Shown: positions 41,079 through 53,272 of the stretch, piece by piece
Layout: every line of letters begins with the position of its first letter
Numbering within the stretch: the first letter of the stretch is position 1
DNA from: Geosiphon pyriformis uo1
Lineage: Eukaryota; Fungi; Glomeromycota
Length of the DNA: 64,000 bases
NCBI GenBank assembly: GCA_016748015.1
Contig: JAAOMT010000479.1
Span: 763,069-827,068, forward strand
Direction: 5' to 3'
The notes under the pieces: model-generated
The model's database searches: none
The model's input: the letters and a program-made list of their open reading frames with translations, nothing else
Told to the model about the DNA's origin: nothing
Made by a program: the position numbers and the translations under genes

Positions 41079-42480
41079 TCACCACCATCGTTGCCATATT
41101 GATTTGCAGTCTTCCATGGTTGTCCCAAAATATGACCCATAATGTGCACGAATAGCATCTTCTTCCGACCCTCTTTGCTTCGAGTTGCAATCCTTGTTGA
41201 AAAGAAAGAGTTCAGAAATTGAGAGAATTAAAAATTGCTTTAAAATCTCTTGTAACATTGGGACTTACAGGATGCTCTCTAATATCGCCCCACTCCAATT
41301 CATATCCAGGACATTCGTAAACAACATATTCTGTGGTAGTATTAGTTTCCAGACAATTACAATCATGAGCAATCCAATATTCTGTATCGTGATGATAATA
41401 TTTTTCCCCTTTATCATCCACCAAAGGGAATTGGGGAACTCGATCATTGGTATGGGTGATTCGGTGCATTGCCAAGAAATCAGTAACGAAACTCGAGAAC
41501 GCTGCATTACCGATTCGTGGTTGCCCAAAAGTGTAAAGATATATGTTGATATCGAGTTTAGTTCTAAATATTCCAACTACTTCTCTTAGGAATTCCAAAG
41601 CTGCCAAAACTGCATATGCTAAAATTTTCCAAAAAATTTTATGAAATTCTGAAAATTTTCCTCATTAAAGATAAAAATCCTCTCTTTCTCACCTCCACCG
41701 ATTCCATGTCCTGTAAAAGATACAGAAATTTCATTTTTATCCAAATTTCCTTTACTTATCAGACTATCAATTTTTTTTAAAAGTACATTTTTGAATATTA
41801 ACGTATTCTCATACCAAACTTGATCCACCTTTAATTGAAGGGCTCTGGAAAAATCATAAACTACCATGGTATTTTTTCTTTGTGTCCATGCTTCGATGCT
41901 AAGCTCTGGGCTTTTGAAAAAAACCATGATTTCTTTATTTACTAGAAAAGCATCAGCTAAACAAAGAATCGAAAATATTGTAAATTTCAAAATGAAAAGG
42001 TAAATTTGATAGGACCTTACATTATATGCATACCTTTGACTTGATCATCAGGCACGACTTTCCCTATTTCATTGTTATCTAAACAATAACCTAGATTTGC
42101 AATTCTTGCGTAAATTCCCATCCAATCAAGTTGTTCTGTACTTTCTAAAAGGGTTTTTGGTGGTATTTGTTGCAAACCGTCCTCACCAAATGACCGAGGA
42201 TTAGAGCTCGAAGAGTTTTTCTATTCAGATGTTCTTTGAAAATTGACTTCTGTCCCAATTTCGCTTAATTTGCAAAAGTTGATGTCAAAAAAAAACTTTT
42301 TTTTAAATTACTTACTTGTAGTTTTCGAGCATTATTATATACATGCCAGGTTTTGAGACTCTTTTGACGTTTTAAATTTAATTCAAATAAACCTTGCCTT
42401 CCTGATATTAGTGCAACCAATTTTATGCAAGTACAAAAGAGCAAAAAGAAAAATGCGAACAGATTAAGAACTTTAGCCAT
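41079..42480 (-). CDS. Secreted lipase class 3 (alpha/beta-hydrolase) homolog lacking the catalytic Ser; exons 42480-42316, 42220-42034, 41956-41693, 41618-41269, 41192-41079
   Basis: Signal peptide MAKVLNLFAFFFLLFCTC. Motifs: YARIANLGYC, SFTGHGIGGAYAVLAA, YTFGQPRIGN, RITHTNDRVPQFP, YYHHDTEYWI, AHYGSYFG. Four GT-AG introns give an uninterrupted frame. Confidence 0.87.
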
Positions 42481-43553
42481 CGATTTGGTATCTCTTGATT
42501 TTTAACCATATTTAAAAGAAGATCGAGTTCAATATTTAGCTGATCACGGAAAATAATCTGACAAAATTTACTTTGTTTCCTATATATTCTTTAATGCGAC
42601 AATGGTTTGAAAAAAACTTAACTAAAGCATTTTAGAATATATTGAGTTATTTAAGAATTGAAATTCTTGCAGCAAATTATTGCTTTTTAAATAGCTCGTT
42701 TATTTGGTTTGTAAAAAGGATTTTTTGACCAATTTTGTAATGTATTTATTAGTATTTGAAATTTTTAATTTCCCATGTTACAAAAATTTCACCTAAATTC
42801 CATTATATATAAAACCATTGTGAATTTTTTAAGCATTTTTAGAATATTTATGTTATTATTATTACATATGCTTAATCTCATTTGTAATACAATTAACCAA
42901 AATTCTGTTCATTTGCTTTAATAAGACAATTCAACATAAAAACGAAATGTAAATAACCATCTATTATTTAAGTTTAAATGATAAAAAACCTCAAAACAAA
43001 TAATAATAATTTTTTTTTATCAAGTATTAAAATATATAATTTATAATTGCTTTCAATTATGGTTTTTTTTCTTTAGAATAATTTTATAATTTTGTTAATA
43101 TTTGGAATATTATTTTTCAAATATTATTAATAAAAAAAACAGATAGTTTGTAAATTTCAATATTTTTTATTGCAATCTTATTCTCAATGTAACATGTGTT
43201 GACAAAAGTTTAAAACTGTATTTAGCAGCCAGGTTAAAAGAAGACAGTATTGTTTTTATTGTAAGAGTTCTAAAGTAAAAATCATTTTTTCTAGATAGTA
43301 TTCAAAGTTTTGTTAATTTTATTCATCGCAGATAAGAAAATTTAACAAAATATTGTTAATTGACGTTAGATTTATGTGAGTGATAATAAAAAAAATTTGT
43401 TAAAATAATTTACGAAAACATGCAAATTAGGAGATACAAATAAAACCTTGAGCAGAAATATGTAAACCTGAATTAAGTGTCTGATTTTGAAATTTATCAG
43501 TCAACCCTTTGAAAATTTCATTTCTACAATTTATAGCCAAGTTTTTCATGCTT

Positions 43554-44750
43554 TTAATTTTCAAAAAAAGGGCTAAAGATCCCGGACAAGAGCGCCTTGC
43601 AATCTAAACTTCCCATCTTGTCAGCCTGTCTGAAATACCATATGCTTTCATGTAAATCTTTATTTGTTCCCCATCCATATGTATAACAACAAGCTAACCG
43701 TTGTTGGGCTAAAACCTGTCCGCCATTCGCTGATCGTTTATACCAATACAAAGCTTTTCGTGAATCCTCAGCTGTCCCTTCACCATTCAGATAACAATAA
43801 GCCAAATTACATTGTCCATCTATATCACCCGCATTCGCAGATATAAGAAAATATTGAACAGCTTTTGATTTTTCAGGTTCCGTTCCAATTCCATTCAAAT
43901 AGCAATTTCCACAATTATATATCGCTGTGGTATCACCCGAGTCTGCTGACAATTTATACCATGAAAATGCGGCCTTTAAATCAATATCAGCCCCAATCCC
44001 AAATTCAAGACAGAAACCTAAACTAATCATCGCGCTTAGATTTCCAAATTCGGCGGATCGTTGATACCATGTGAAAGCCTCGGTTGTATTTTTTTTTACA
44101 AAAATTCCATCGCGATAAAATCGCGCTAAATGGTTCATGGCAATTGTCATTCCGGCATCAGCAGACTTTTTATACCAATAATAAGATTTTGACAAATCGC
44201 GATCAGTCCCAATTTCTTGCTCGTAACAAAAACCTAAACTTGATTGTCCACGTGCACATCCATTTTCAGCCGACATCCGACACCAATAAAAATCTTTGGC
44301 AGGATTTTTCTCGACACCTTTCGCATAGTAGTAGCACATGGAAAGAAAAAATTGGGATAATGAATCATTCTGTTCTGCACCTTGTATGTACCTCTTGGCT
44401 GCTTGTTGTTCATTTATCTCGGTGCCAATCCCAAACTCATGAAAGAGCCCGAGTAAGTAAAATGGGATTTGATAATTACTTTCTTGATTTCGGGTTAAAT
44501 ATTCGAATAATTCAGATGCATCTTGATTATGAATTTCTAAACCTTTTCTGATTGATCCGGCTAATTTTTCTTCCTTGTCACCTCGTTTCAAAGCCTCGTT
44601 TATTATGTCTTGAAGAGCTGAAATGATTGATTCGAGTCTTTGTTCTTTATGAGGATTTTCATTTGTGGATATTTCAACTGATTTTTCAAAACTTAAACAC
44701 AGTTCTTCAACTTTTGTCTTGGTATCTGAACAATTTTCTGTTGTGTGCAT
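43554..44750 (-). CDS. Sel1-like repeat (SLR) protein, about 8 repeats, no kinase domain, intronless
   Basis: Repeated LGxCYxxGxGT...A..WY..SA..G units of about 36 aa. First in-frame ATG at 44750. Confidence 0.92.
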   Translation of the reverse strand: MHTTENCSDTKTKVEELCLSFEKSVEISTNENPHKEQRLESIISALQDIINEALKRGDKEEKLAGSIRKGLEIHNQDASELFEYLTRNQESNYQIPFYLLGLFHEFGIGTEINEQQAAKRYIQGAEQNDSLSQFFLSMCYYYAKGVEKNPAKDFYWCRMSAENGCARGQSSLGFCYEQEIGTDRDLSKSYYWYKKSADAGMTIAMNHLARFYRDGIFVKKNTTEAFTWYQRSAEFGNLSAMISLGFCLEFGIGADIDLKAAFSWYKLSADSGDTTAIYNCGNCYLNGIGTEPEKSKAVQYFLISANAGDIDGQCNLAYCYLNGEGTAEDSRKALYWYKRSANGGQVLAQQRLACCYTYGWGTNKDLHESIWYFRQADKMGSLDCKALLSGIFSPFFEN

Positions 44751-46329
44751 CTCATTTAAAATATATTTCAAGATATTATTGATAATAAATAAGTTTGAAA
44801 ATATTTAAAGTTGTAGTGAAGATTAACGATATGCAAGAATACTTTTTTTACTTGAAGACTATTAAAATTTGTTAGCGATAGTTATTATGATCATCTTCTA
44901 TCATCAGAATTATGATTACATGCATTAACAGAAGCAGTTTGTCATAGTTACTCAGCAGATCAATAAAGACACAACGCAGAATATTCCATAAAAAAATATG
45001 GATAACATTAATTTTAATAAAGTTTATTTTAATAATGAATTATAGCATGAAAAATTTTAAAAAGTTCTTTATTCTCAACTTTTACTTATTAAAATTCTTT
45101 AATAATTGTATAAAATTAAAAGAACATGGAACAACAAAAAATGTGATCGAAAAATCTCGCAAATATATAAATTCATATAGAGAAATACTTTTTTATGCGA
45201 CTCTAAAGCATAACTAAATTAAAAATGAGCTTTTGAATTTTTGATTGAAAATTTTAACTTGAATTCAGTTTTAGAATTAAGAAAATTGGTTTGTTGTAAA
45301 TATAAAAGACTTTTTTTCTTTACATGCTTTAGTGAATATTGCATAGAAAGAGTATAATCAGTGTTAAACAAAATAATTTGAGAAAACTTTGATTTTTATT
45401 TTTTCTAATTAAGATAAACCACTTTAAATATTTAAGATAGCGATAAAAAAATTTAGACAAATTGGTAATTAATTAATAAATTTCGTTTTGTAAGCACTTA
45501 TTTTTTGATTTGTGACTTGATTTTTTTCAAAAATTGACCAGATTTAGAAACTAAAGAAATCGATCTTAAGCCCAAGTACCAGCATATTCATTATACTACT
45601 AGCTTGCTGCATCAAATAGAAAAAAAATTTTATAAAATTAAAATATTTATTGTCCTTATTGACATTCACAAAGTATGAAAGGTTTGTATTCTAGTTTATG
45701 TCACAAATTAAAAAATTTTGCACCTGAAAATTGACATTTTCTTTTAAAAATAATTTAAATAATTTTCATCACAAACTTGAGCAAACAGAAACCATTTTTA
45801 TTAAACAAATTTTTGCTTGGGAAAAACTTGAAGAGAGTGTGACCTTAAATTCTAAACTTTATTTATGAAATATATTGAGCATTATAGAAATGTGTTTTCT
45901 TTTTTGTCTTGAAACTTTTTTAAGCTGATAATGTTCAAGAAACAAAGAATCAAAGTTTTTCAATAATCCCATTAAAAATAGGCTGATAGAAAAGTTTCAA
46001 TATTGACAAAACCTTTTTTGTTTAAATCGAGAATTCAGTTGAGCAATCTTCAGGTTCTTGGGCAATAGAATTCAGATTAAATTTTTAAATATTTAAAAAG
46101 TTTCTTCATGTTTTTAATCACAAATATCATTCCTCTATATAAGTTTGTCTTGAAAAAATTTGCAATTAATTGAAACTAAAACTACAAAATAAGTTTCTGA
46201 TAAATTTTAATAGAGTATTTAATTTAAAGGCTTAGTGAAATAAATTGACATTAAATCTATCATTACTTTTCTTATTAAAGCAATAAATATTACCTTTGTA
46301 ATTAATATTCACGACTGTTTAAAATGATA

Positions 46330-47672
46330 TCAATCACTGTCAATTGGTGACTCAATACTATTGTCTACATCCTCCTCGTCCACATCCTCAGGATTGGCGA
46401 CCATCGGGAATGAAAAAGTTTCCCCACTTGGGGAACTAAAACTAGGTGGCCATAATGGAGTAGATTCGGTGTTAATTTTAGGTATAATTATTTGTAAATG
46501 GCCTGATGGAGATCGATTCGGTGGTGATAACGGAGGTGGAAATATTCTTAATTGTGATGAAGGTAGAGCTTCGATAATGGGGATATGTGCTTTCGGTAAT
46601 CGTTTCACTTTAACATTTTGTCGTATTTGAGCCCCTGAAACTTTAAATTTTTGTGTCAGACCATAGATTAGACTATTAAAAAGTCCGCTTACATTCAATA
46701 TACATCCAGCTATTACTAGGCTAGGACCATAAAAAAAATATTTAGTTTTTAAAATTCAAAAAATTTAAATCAAAATAATTACTCACTACGTTAAATTGTT
46801 GTTTATTCCCCATGATGTTGAAAATTTTTCTGAAATAAATTTGTTTGTTAATTGGCTAAAAGTTTTAATTGCAAATCTAATCGAAAGACCACCTGTATCC
46901 TACTTACGAAAAGCCAAAGGAGTCACAGAAATAATGTAGACAAGAGGATAAAGTAAAAACTTTTTTCTGTTTCGTTTTAAATTTGATTGAGCTACTGAAA
47001 TTTCCCAATTTTCCTTGCCATAACTTTTATACATAATCAAAAATATTAATCCACATAACAAAACCATCATAATGACTAATATAAAAATAATTCCGTAATA
47101 AAATCCTATTTGATAGTCGTCAAAATATTTTGTAATCCAGCACCATAAGCCGTCAGTCGAGCTGTAAAATGGTTTTTCAGGATAGTTCATGACGAGACCG
47201 ATTACAGAGATGAAAATGGTGAACGGCCAAATAGTGAGCATTGTTAGCTTAGGAAACCATATTGGCTCATAAGAGTGCTTAACTGCTAAGTAAATATGTA
47301 GGCATATCATAGTTATCCAAAATCCTGGAAATTTAAATATCGAGTAAAATGTCTATTGGATCGCTCATTTATTTGAAAATGTATAAAGTTCAAAATACCT
47401 GAAGCGATACCACTCAAATTTATGATCACACCCTGAATGCTACAATATGTATCTTCGGTAATTCCATCTTGCAGTATCCATTTAAAGCTCATAATGAACC
47501 CAATGCTTTGTAACCAATTTGAAAATAATAAGTTCAGCACTAGTCGTGTTTCGATCGTTTGTCTTTCCTTTTGTGACAGAATCCAAATGATTACACCTGT
47601 GATTGCTGTGTTGCTGATTATCGATGCGATTATGACCCAAGAAATTCCAAGTATGTTTGGTGAATTTGACAT
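46330..47672 (-). CDS. 7TM GPCR, paralog of 35014-36431; exons 47672-47399, 47324-46908, 46829-46787, 46720-46330
   Basis: Motifs: LVLNLLFSNWLQSIGF, YCSIQGVIINLSGIASGFW, GLWCWI, KFLLYPLVY, GCILNVSGLFNSLIYGLTQ. The three introns have the same positions and phases as in the first GPCR. Confidence 0.88.
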
Positions 47673-49370
47673 TTGCAATGACTCGAATTTTTTGAATTGT
47701 AAATAAATCTTGAAATTTATCAATGTCAAAAAGGATCTAATCCCGAGAAAATGGAAGAGCTGAATACGAAAATGGATTTGGAATGAACATAGTAAACGTA
47801 CAAAGAAAGTCTTTAGAAGATAAATAGAAATCTATGATCTTAAGAAGAACCAAAGAAGTGGCTCAGGAATTATTATAAAAGAAAAACTTGTGTGTAGATC
47901 AAGAAAATGAAAAACACTTAAACTGTCGATTAATTTAGAATCCCTGGATTGAAAGGTTCTTATCTATTGATACATTTTCAAAAATCTCTTTATTAAGTTA
48001 ATATGTATATATGGTTTTATCGAATATTAAAAATTTTCTCGGAAATTACTTTTTTAGTCATGAGGTTTTTAGAATTTTTGAAAGAATTATTCTGTGAAGC
48101 CCTGTTAGAACATTGACCAAAGAAAAAATCTGGTTTGACTAAAATACTTATTAAAATAATATATATGAATTATTGAAATAATACTAGCAAACGAATCGTG
48201 GGGGAAAACTGATCTCTAAAATGGTGAAAATTTTTCTCTTAAAAATCATGGCATATAATTTTTCACTAAACATATAACAATCAAATGATATCATCTTCCT
48301 TTTCTTAAAAAAATTCTCAGCCTCATGTGAAATATTTGCCCAACTCGTTTTTATTTGGTTAGATTTTATGTCCTTGTTAGCCTTTGTATAAAAAATTATT
48401 TGAAATAAAAATCTCTTTCAAAAAAGCTGTTGTTAAACACAAGAATTGATATACTTATCCCCACGTTTTTTTCAACATTTCTAATGTATTGCCATATTCG
48501 AAAAGTCTATATTTATATTATCTAAATCACCAGCATTTTTGTTTATCGATAATTCTGTGGGTTGTGAATGACAAATACTGTTACAAACATGTCCTCTAGA
48601 GAATTTGTAAGCGAATCGTTGAAGTCTGTCGTTTTCGGGATTTAGTGTTCTCCATACTGGCTGAATGGCCGTATCTATTTTAAGAAGGCAGATCAGAAAG
48701 AATTTACTCGAACAGAAAAAATTTTATTTGAGGATTGGAGAAATTTTTTCAATAAATGCCTTTGAAATGAATGTAAAAAAGCTCAACTCCATCAATGTAC
48801 ATATGTGCAGAAATATGAGTGGGAAGTCGACGACAGCTGAAAGATTGAAATGACAAATAAGAATCGAGAATACAAAATCTTTGAAAATTTTGATCATTCA
48901 CATACTTCGTAATAACTTTTTTGGGCTTGGGTGATTTCTGAGAATTTTCGTTTGAAAGTGAACCAAAAAGTATATCCGGATTATGAGCCATTTGATATTT
49001 CAGCTTATACTTGAAAGTTCGGTTAACCACCGTAGAACTAGGTATCCAGAAAATTTCAAGTAATATCCTAGATGGGTTGCCACCAATTCAGTGAAGATCT
49101 TTGCTTTTATTTTAATGTACCCCTTTTTGTATCACCCAAAAAACTTAGCAAAAATAAACAAGGATATCTAAGTTTAAGATTCTTGGTATAGAGCAAACTA
49201 GGATAACCCAATTTGAACTGTTTTCAATAAGCTTTATCCGTTGATGTAGTCTTAAGAGCTGTAAGCCTTGGATAGTAGAACCGGAAATCTTACTGGCTTC
49301 CGAATGCTCCGTTTTTTGAATAGGGTATAAAAACCTCACTTTCCACTTTCACTTTCACCTTCGTGTTCAT

Positions 49371-50448
49371 CTAGAAATCATCGTCATCTTGTTCCTTTTT
49401 AACCCCATCAGTGTCATCCTGCATCTTTGGAGCAAGAAAATATCTAACAAAGCCACCATTTTCTCCTAACTTGTATTCGATCATAGCTGGTAGACTTTCT
49501 GACAAGCACAACGACACATTTTCAGCCAAACCCTGCGATTTAGAAAATAGTGCAAGATATTTCATAGAAAACTCATTTGACACGGTTTTTTTCGCTTTAA
49601 TTTTGATTGGTTTTTTCTCCTAAAAATTGGATAAGAATAAAATTGCGTTTATGATAACCAACAACGGTTCTTAGGAACAAGATCAAATATCAGACGAGGA
49701 AAAAAAGTTTATACATACTGCTCCATGTGGGCCAATTTTTATATTTGCCTTACCCAATTCACCCGAAGTTCCAAATTTGATGGTTTCTTTGCTGATGCTG
49801 AGTGAGACTAGTTATAATTTAAATTATAAAGAAAAAGCAACCAATGTAATTAAAGGAAGGAAAAGAAATTCTTTAAAAATCAGAATTTTGCATACCAATG
49901 TCACTAATCAAAAGGCAATCACGACAAACTCGGGAGAATTCTGAGGAAGGCATTTGAGCAATGCACTGATAATCTTGTTCTGGAATAGCCAAATGATCTT
50001 GATCGATATCCATCAACTTTAATTCATATTCAGCAAATTTTTCTTCGGCTAATTTATTCGACCAGTTTTAAGTACATAGAAATCATCAAGTATTTAATCA
50101 ATAGGTCTCATTGGTATTTGAATACTCACTTTGCTTTTCAAAAGTTAGTTTCAAGACATCTGCAGTATCGTCCGCGTTTAAGGTGATTATGTCATCGGAA
50201 CCAGCACAACTCAATATCTTAAAAAATGAGTTCAAGTTGACACCAAGAGAAAGACTTCTATCGCAACGATATGGTTCAAATGCATGTGGCTCAAGTGTCA
50301 CCGATACTAACGCCACATGTGAATTGTCCATGGCTTGTAGACTAATACCAGTGTCGGTACAGTCGAAGTTAGCCTCAGTGACTAGTTCTTTGACCGCAGT
50401 TACAACCTTTCTGAGAAGTGTGTTATCGACTGGGCGTACTTCAAACAT
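49371..50448 (-). CDS. PCNA: Proliferating cell nuclear antigen (divergent), 269 aa; exons 50448-50130, 50048-49896, 49807-49719, 49619-49371
   Basis: Motifs: GISLQAMDNSHVALV, YRCDRSLSLG, YELKLMDIDQDHLAIP, MPSSEFSRVCRD, VRYFLAPK, plus an acidic tail. Exons sum to 810 nt. Confidence 0.95.
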
Positions 50449-51247
50449 TTTTATGCTCGGGTTTATATTTTTGAAATTGAGTTTCAATTTGTGATTGAAA
50501 TTTAAGAAATTTGATCGAGAAATCGCGTTGAAGGAAATGGAATATCTCAAATGAGAAAAAGATTATCGATTTGGGGCGAAGTAATTTTTCTCATTATTTA
50601 TAGAATTTTAAGCATTAGGATTATGAGATTTGCTCTTATGCAATAATGAAATTGATTATTCTCGGTGATGGCCAGAATCAACCGCAGAATAGCTCCTAGT
50701 CACGCACTTTTGGTCGTATGAAATTGAACTAGTGTAAATATTCAAATTCCTTCTATATTTAATATTGAGGTTCACACCAATCTCAAAAAGTGGTTAACGA
50801 TAATCTAAATTAAGGTTCAGAGTCTGTTTTATTGACCCAAACCAAGATTTATTTATTTAAAAAATATAACTGCATCTAAATTACGAAATCTTTTAATTAA
50901 CTGTTGTTTTTGATTTATGGCTTAAATCATGTTTCTTTCATGGAAATATTTGGTATCCATGATGAAAATGGAAACCGAGAAATTCCATTTTCCAAATGTG
51001 ATCCATTTTCTTGGCTTAAATATTTTCAAAGAGACTTGAAAAACTGGTAATTGTCATTAGGTTATTCAAAGAAATTATTATTTTTAATATAAAATAAATC
51101 GATGATTTATCAAACTGAAGTTTTGGGAACTTGAGTTTTTTTTCAGAAAAATTAAATATTTTAGCATGTTGAATAAAATTTTCCTATCAGAAATATGTTC
51201 TTTATAAATTTTTATCTTATATAGCAATTAGACTTCTTCAGCAAAGA

Positions 51248-52711
51248 TTACCCTTTCTTAGATTGAGAATTGCCGACCTTTGCGATACGAAATCGGCCAG
51301 ATGATCCCAGGGAAACGGCCGGATAAACTTTTTCGGGTAAAAAATCACATCTGCTAGGCTTATATACTTCAGTGCCGTTTAAAATAAACTTTAAAGATTT
51401 TTGGATTAAATCAACTTCGATCTTGATTTCGTCTCCTGTTCCAAACTCGAATGATTCCCGAATAGGTGCTTGGTCATGATTCCAATATTCCCCCTGAGAA
51501 CTTATGCCCCAGCTGTTTTTCTGAACGCCGAGAAACATTGAATAATTAATCATTTCCTCTGCACAGACTCCGACCCAAGCCCGTGTTTGGGGCAATGATT
51601 TATGAATTACAACCATCCATTTATAGACGATAGGACCTGATATAGGGTCACTCGTTCTTACACATTGCTGTAATTTCGGATCTTTGCGAGCTTCAACTAC
51701 GGTGTTGTCGGAGTTGAAAGTGAGAGATCGGCCGCAATTAAACGAATCCCAGGCCAACTTAATAAAAGGGGTCCCACGTCGCACTTTCTCGGCTTCCTTA
51801 GATAGAACATGGTGAGAGAAGGCTTCTATAACACGATTGGGTGGGAAAATCTCGAGCGGTTGAATAATAGCAGCTAATATTTTCATCGGAATAAAGTTAA
51901 GGTTGATGTGGCTCAGAAAAGGCTTAGCTTTTTCTATTACACTTAGATGTAATTTCTTATTTTGATCATCTTTAAGATGGTCTACCCCTGCTTTATGCGA
52001 GACCACGTCTTTATTCAAAGAGCTTAAATCTGGTAATAAGTCGCTGTATAATCTCCTAGCATCCGATGAAACTTGGTTAGCAGAAAAATTCATTACCCAA
52101 CTAAATAAAGTATATTCTTCCATCGAAAAATATTCTTCGGACTTCAGAGTATTCAAGAGAAAAACCTCTAACATTTCTGCGCTAAAATTGTTATCCTCTA
52201 TATTGCCTAAAGGTTCTTTGCCGAGGAATTCACAGAGCAATAATTGTAATCGATTTTGTTGGGTTGCATGATTTTTTTGAAGCGTCGAATCAAGCAGTTT
52301 AATTGCATCCAGCCTATCAAAATTGCCTTGATCGAGTAATTTTTCGAGGAATGTGAAAAGAATTTTTTCTAAATCTTCCAGAAGAAAATAATTCGCCGCA
52401 TCAAACGCATTAACAATATTACAAGAAGAAAGGTTGTTTTCTTCAATCTTTCCAGTATAAAGAAATTCCAAGACTATTTCCATAGATGAAGTCGACATAT
52501 CCGGGAAATTAATTTCATTTTGAGTCGTTTCCAGCATTCCATTGAAAAGAAGCCTATCAAAAACTTCGGAACGAGCTGCAAGAAGAATACGAGAAGCATG
52601 AAGATGTTGAGAAGTGGTTGTCGAATCAGAACATTTGATTTTCAAATCGCTATATCGTGGATTATTAAGTATGAATTTGAGATCATTTTCAAGGGAGCGT
52701 CCACGGGTCAT
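51248..52711 (-). CDS. BTB/POZ domain protein with C-terminal SPRY/B30.2 domain, intronless
   Basis: BTB: NPRYSDLKIKC...HASRILLAARSEVFDRLL.NGM.ET...LEFLYTG. SPRY: W..VI...AWVGV...SWG...FGTGDEIKIEVDL...LKFILNG...LPEKVYPAVSL. Confidence 0.92.
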   Translation of the reverse strand: MTRGRSLENDLKFILNNPRYSDLKIKCSDSTTTSQHLHASRILLAARSEVFDRLLFNGMLETTQNEINFPDMSTSSMEIVLEFLYTGKIEENNLSSCNIVNAFDAANYFLLEDLEKILFTFLEKLLDQGNFDRLDAIKLLDSTLQKNHATQQNRLQLLLCEFLGKEPLGNIEDNNFSAEMLEVFLLNTLKSEEYFSMEEYTLFSWVMNFSANQVSSDARRLYSDLLPDLSSLNKDVVSHKAGVDHLKDDQNKKLHLSVIEKAKPFLSHINLNFIPMKILAAIIQPLEIFPPNRVIEAFSHHVLSKEAEKVRRGTPFIKLAWDSFNCGRSLTFNSDNTVVEARKDPKLQQCVRTSDPISGPIVYKWMVVIHKSLPQTRAWVGVCAEEMINYSMFLGVQKNSWGISSQGEYWNHDQAPIRESFEFGTGDEIKIEVDLIQKSLKFILNGTEVYKPSRCDFLPEKVYPAVSLGSSGRFRIAKVGNSQSKKG

Positions 52712-53272
52712 TTTGTTAAATGTCGTTTGAAAAGCGAAATTAATTAAACGTTCACTTTAAATGGTTAAGTAATAGATGATAGCTTTTGTTAATTAGAGCT
52801 GCCCAATAATATTGAACCTCTTATCGATGATAGAAGATCGCTGTTGTACATGTAGATAACGGCGATTTGAATGAATTGTATTTTATAAAGACGCGTACTT
52901 TTCAGAACACTGGACCAGATTTGTGCAATATTGATATTGTGCTACAAAGACGAGTGTGATAAATTTTAGGAAAAAAAATTCAAATGAAGTAAATTGCTTT
53001 TAAATCAGTTTCAATGAATCATTTGAGGACGATATCATGCAGAAAATGATTGACCTTAATAACGAAGTTTCCGAGTCAAGTAAATTTTCAACTGTCATAA
53101 TAATTTGTAGTGATAAAGTTCGAATAATACTTATCCTATGACCGATCAACTTGTATTTTTTTTTAAAACTTTCCACATTTTTTTTTTGGAGACATATTTA
53201 TTCTCCAAAATTTGTCTTTTATAAAAAATAAACTGGGCCTTCTTCACGAACTTTTTTTCGTGACAAGTAAAA

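Noticed and set aside
44084-44551. Antisense ORFs overlapping real genes (also 41185-41589, 50111-50494, 24660-24884, 25292-25564)
   Set aside because: They are shadow frames of the Sel1, lipase, PCNA and HMG coding sequences.
48600-49340. ORFs 48749-49030 and 49145-49339 downstream of PCNA as a gene
   Set aside because: No recognisable motif, and I could not build a consistent spliced model. They may be UTR or a relic.
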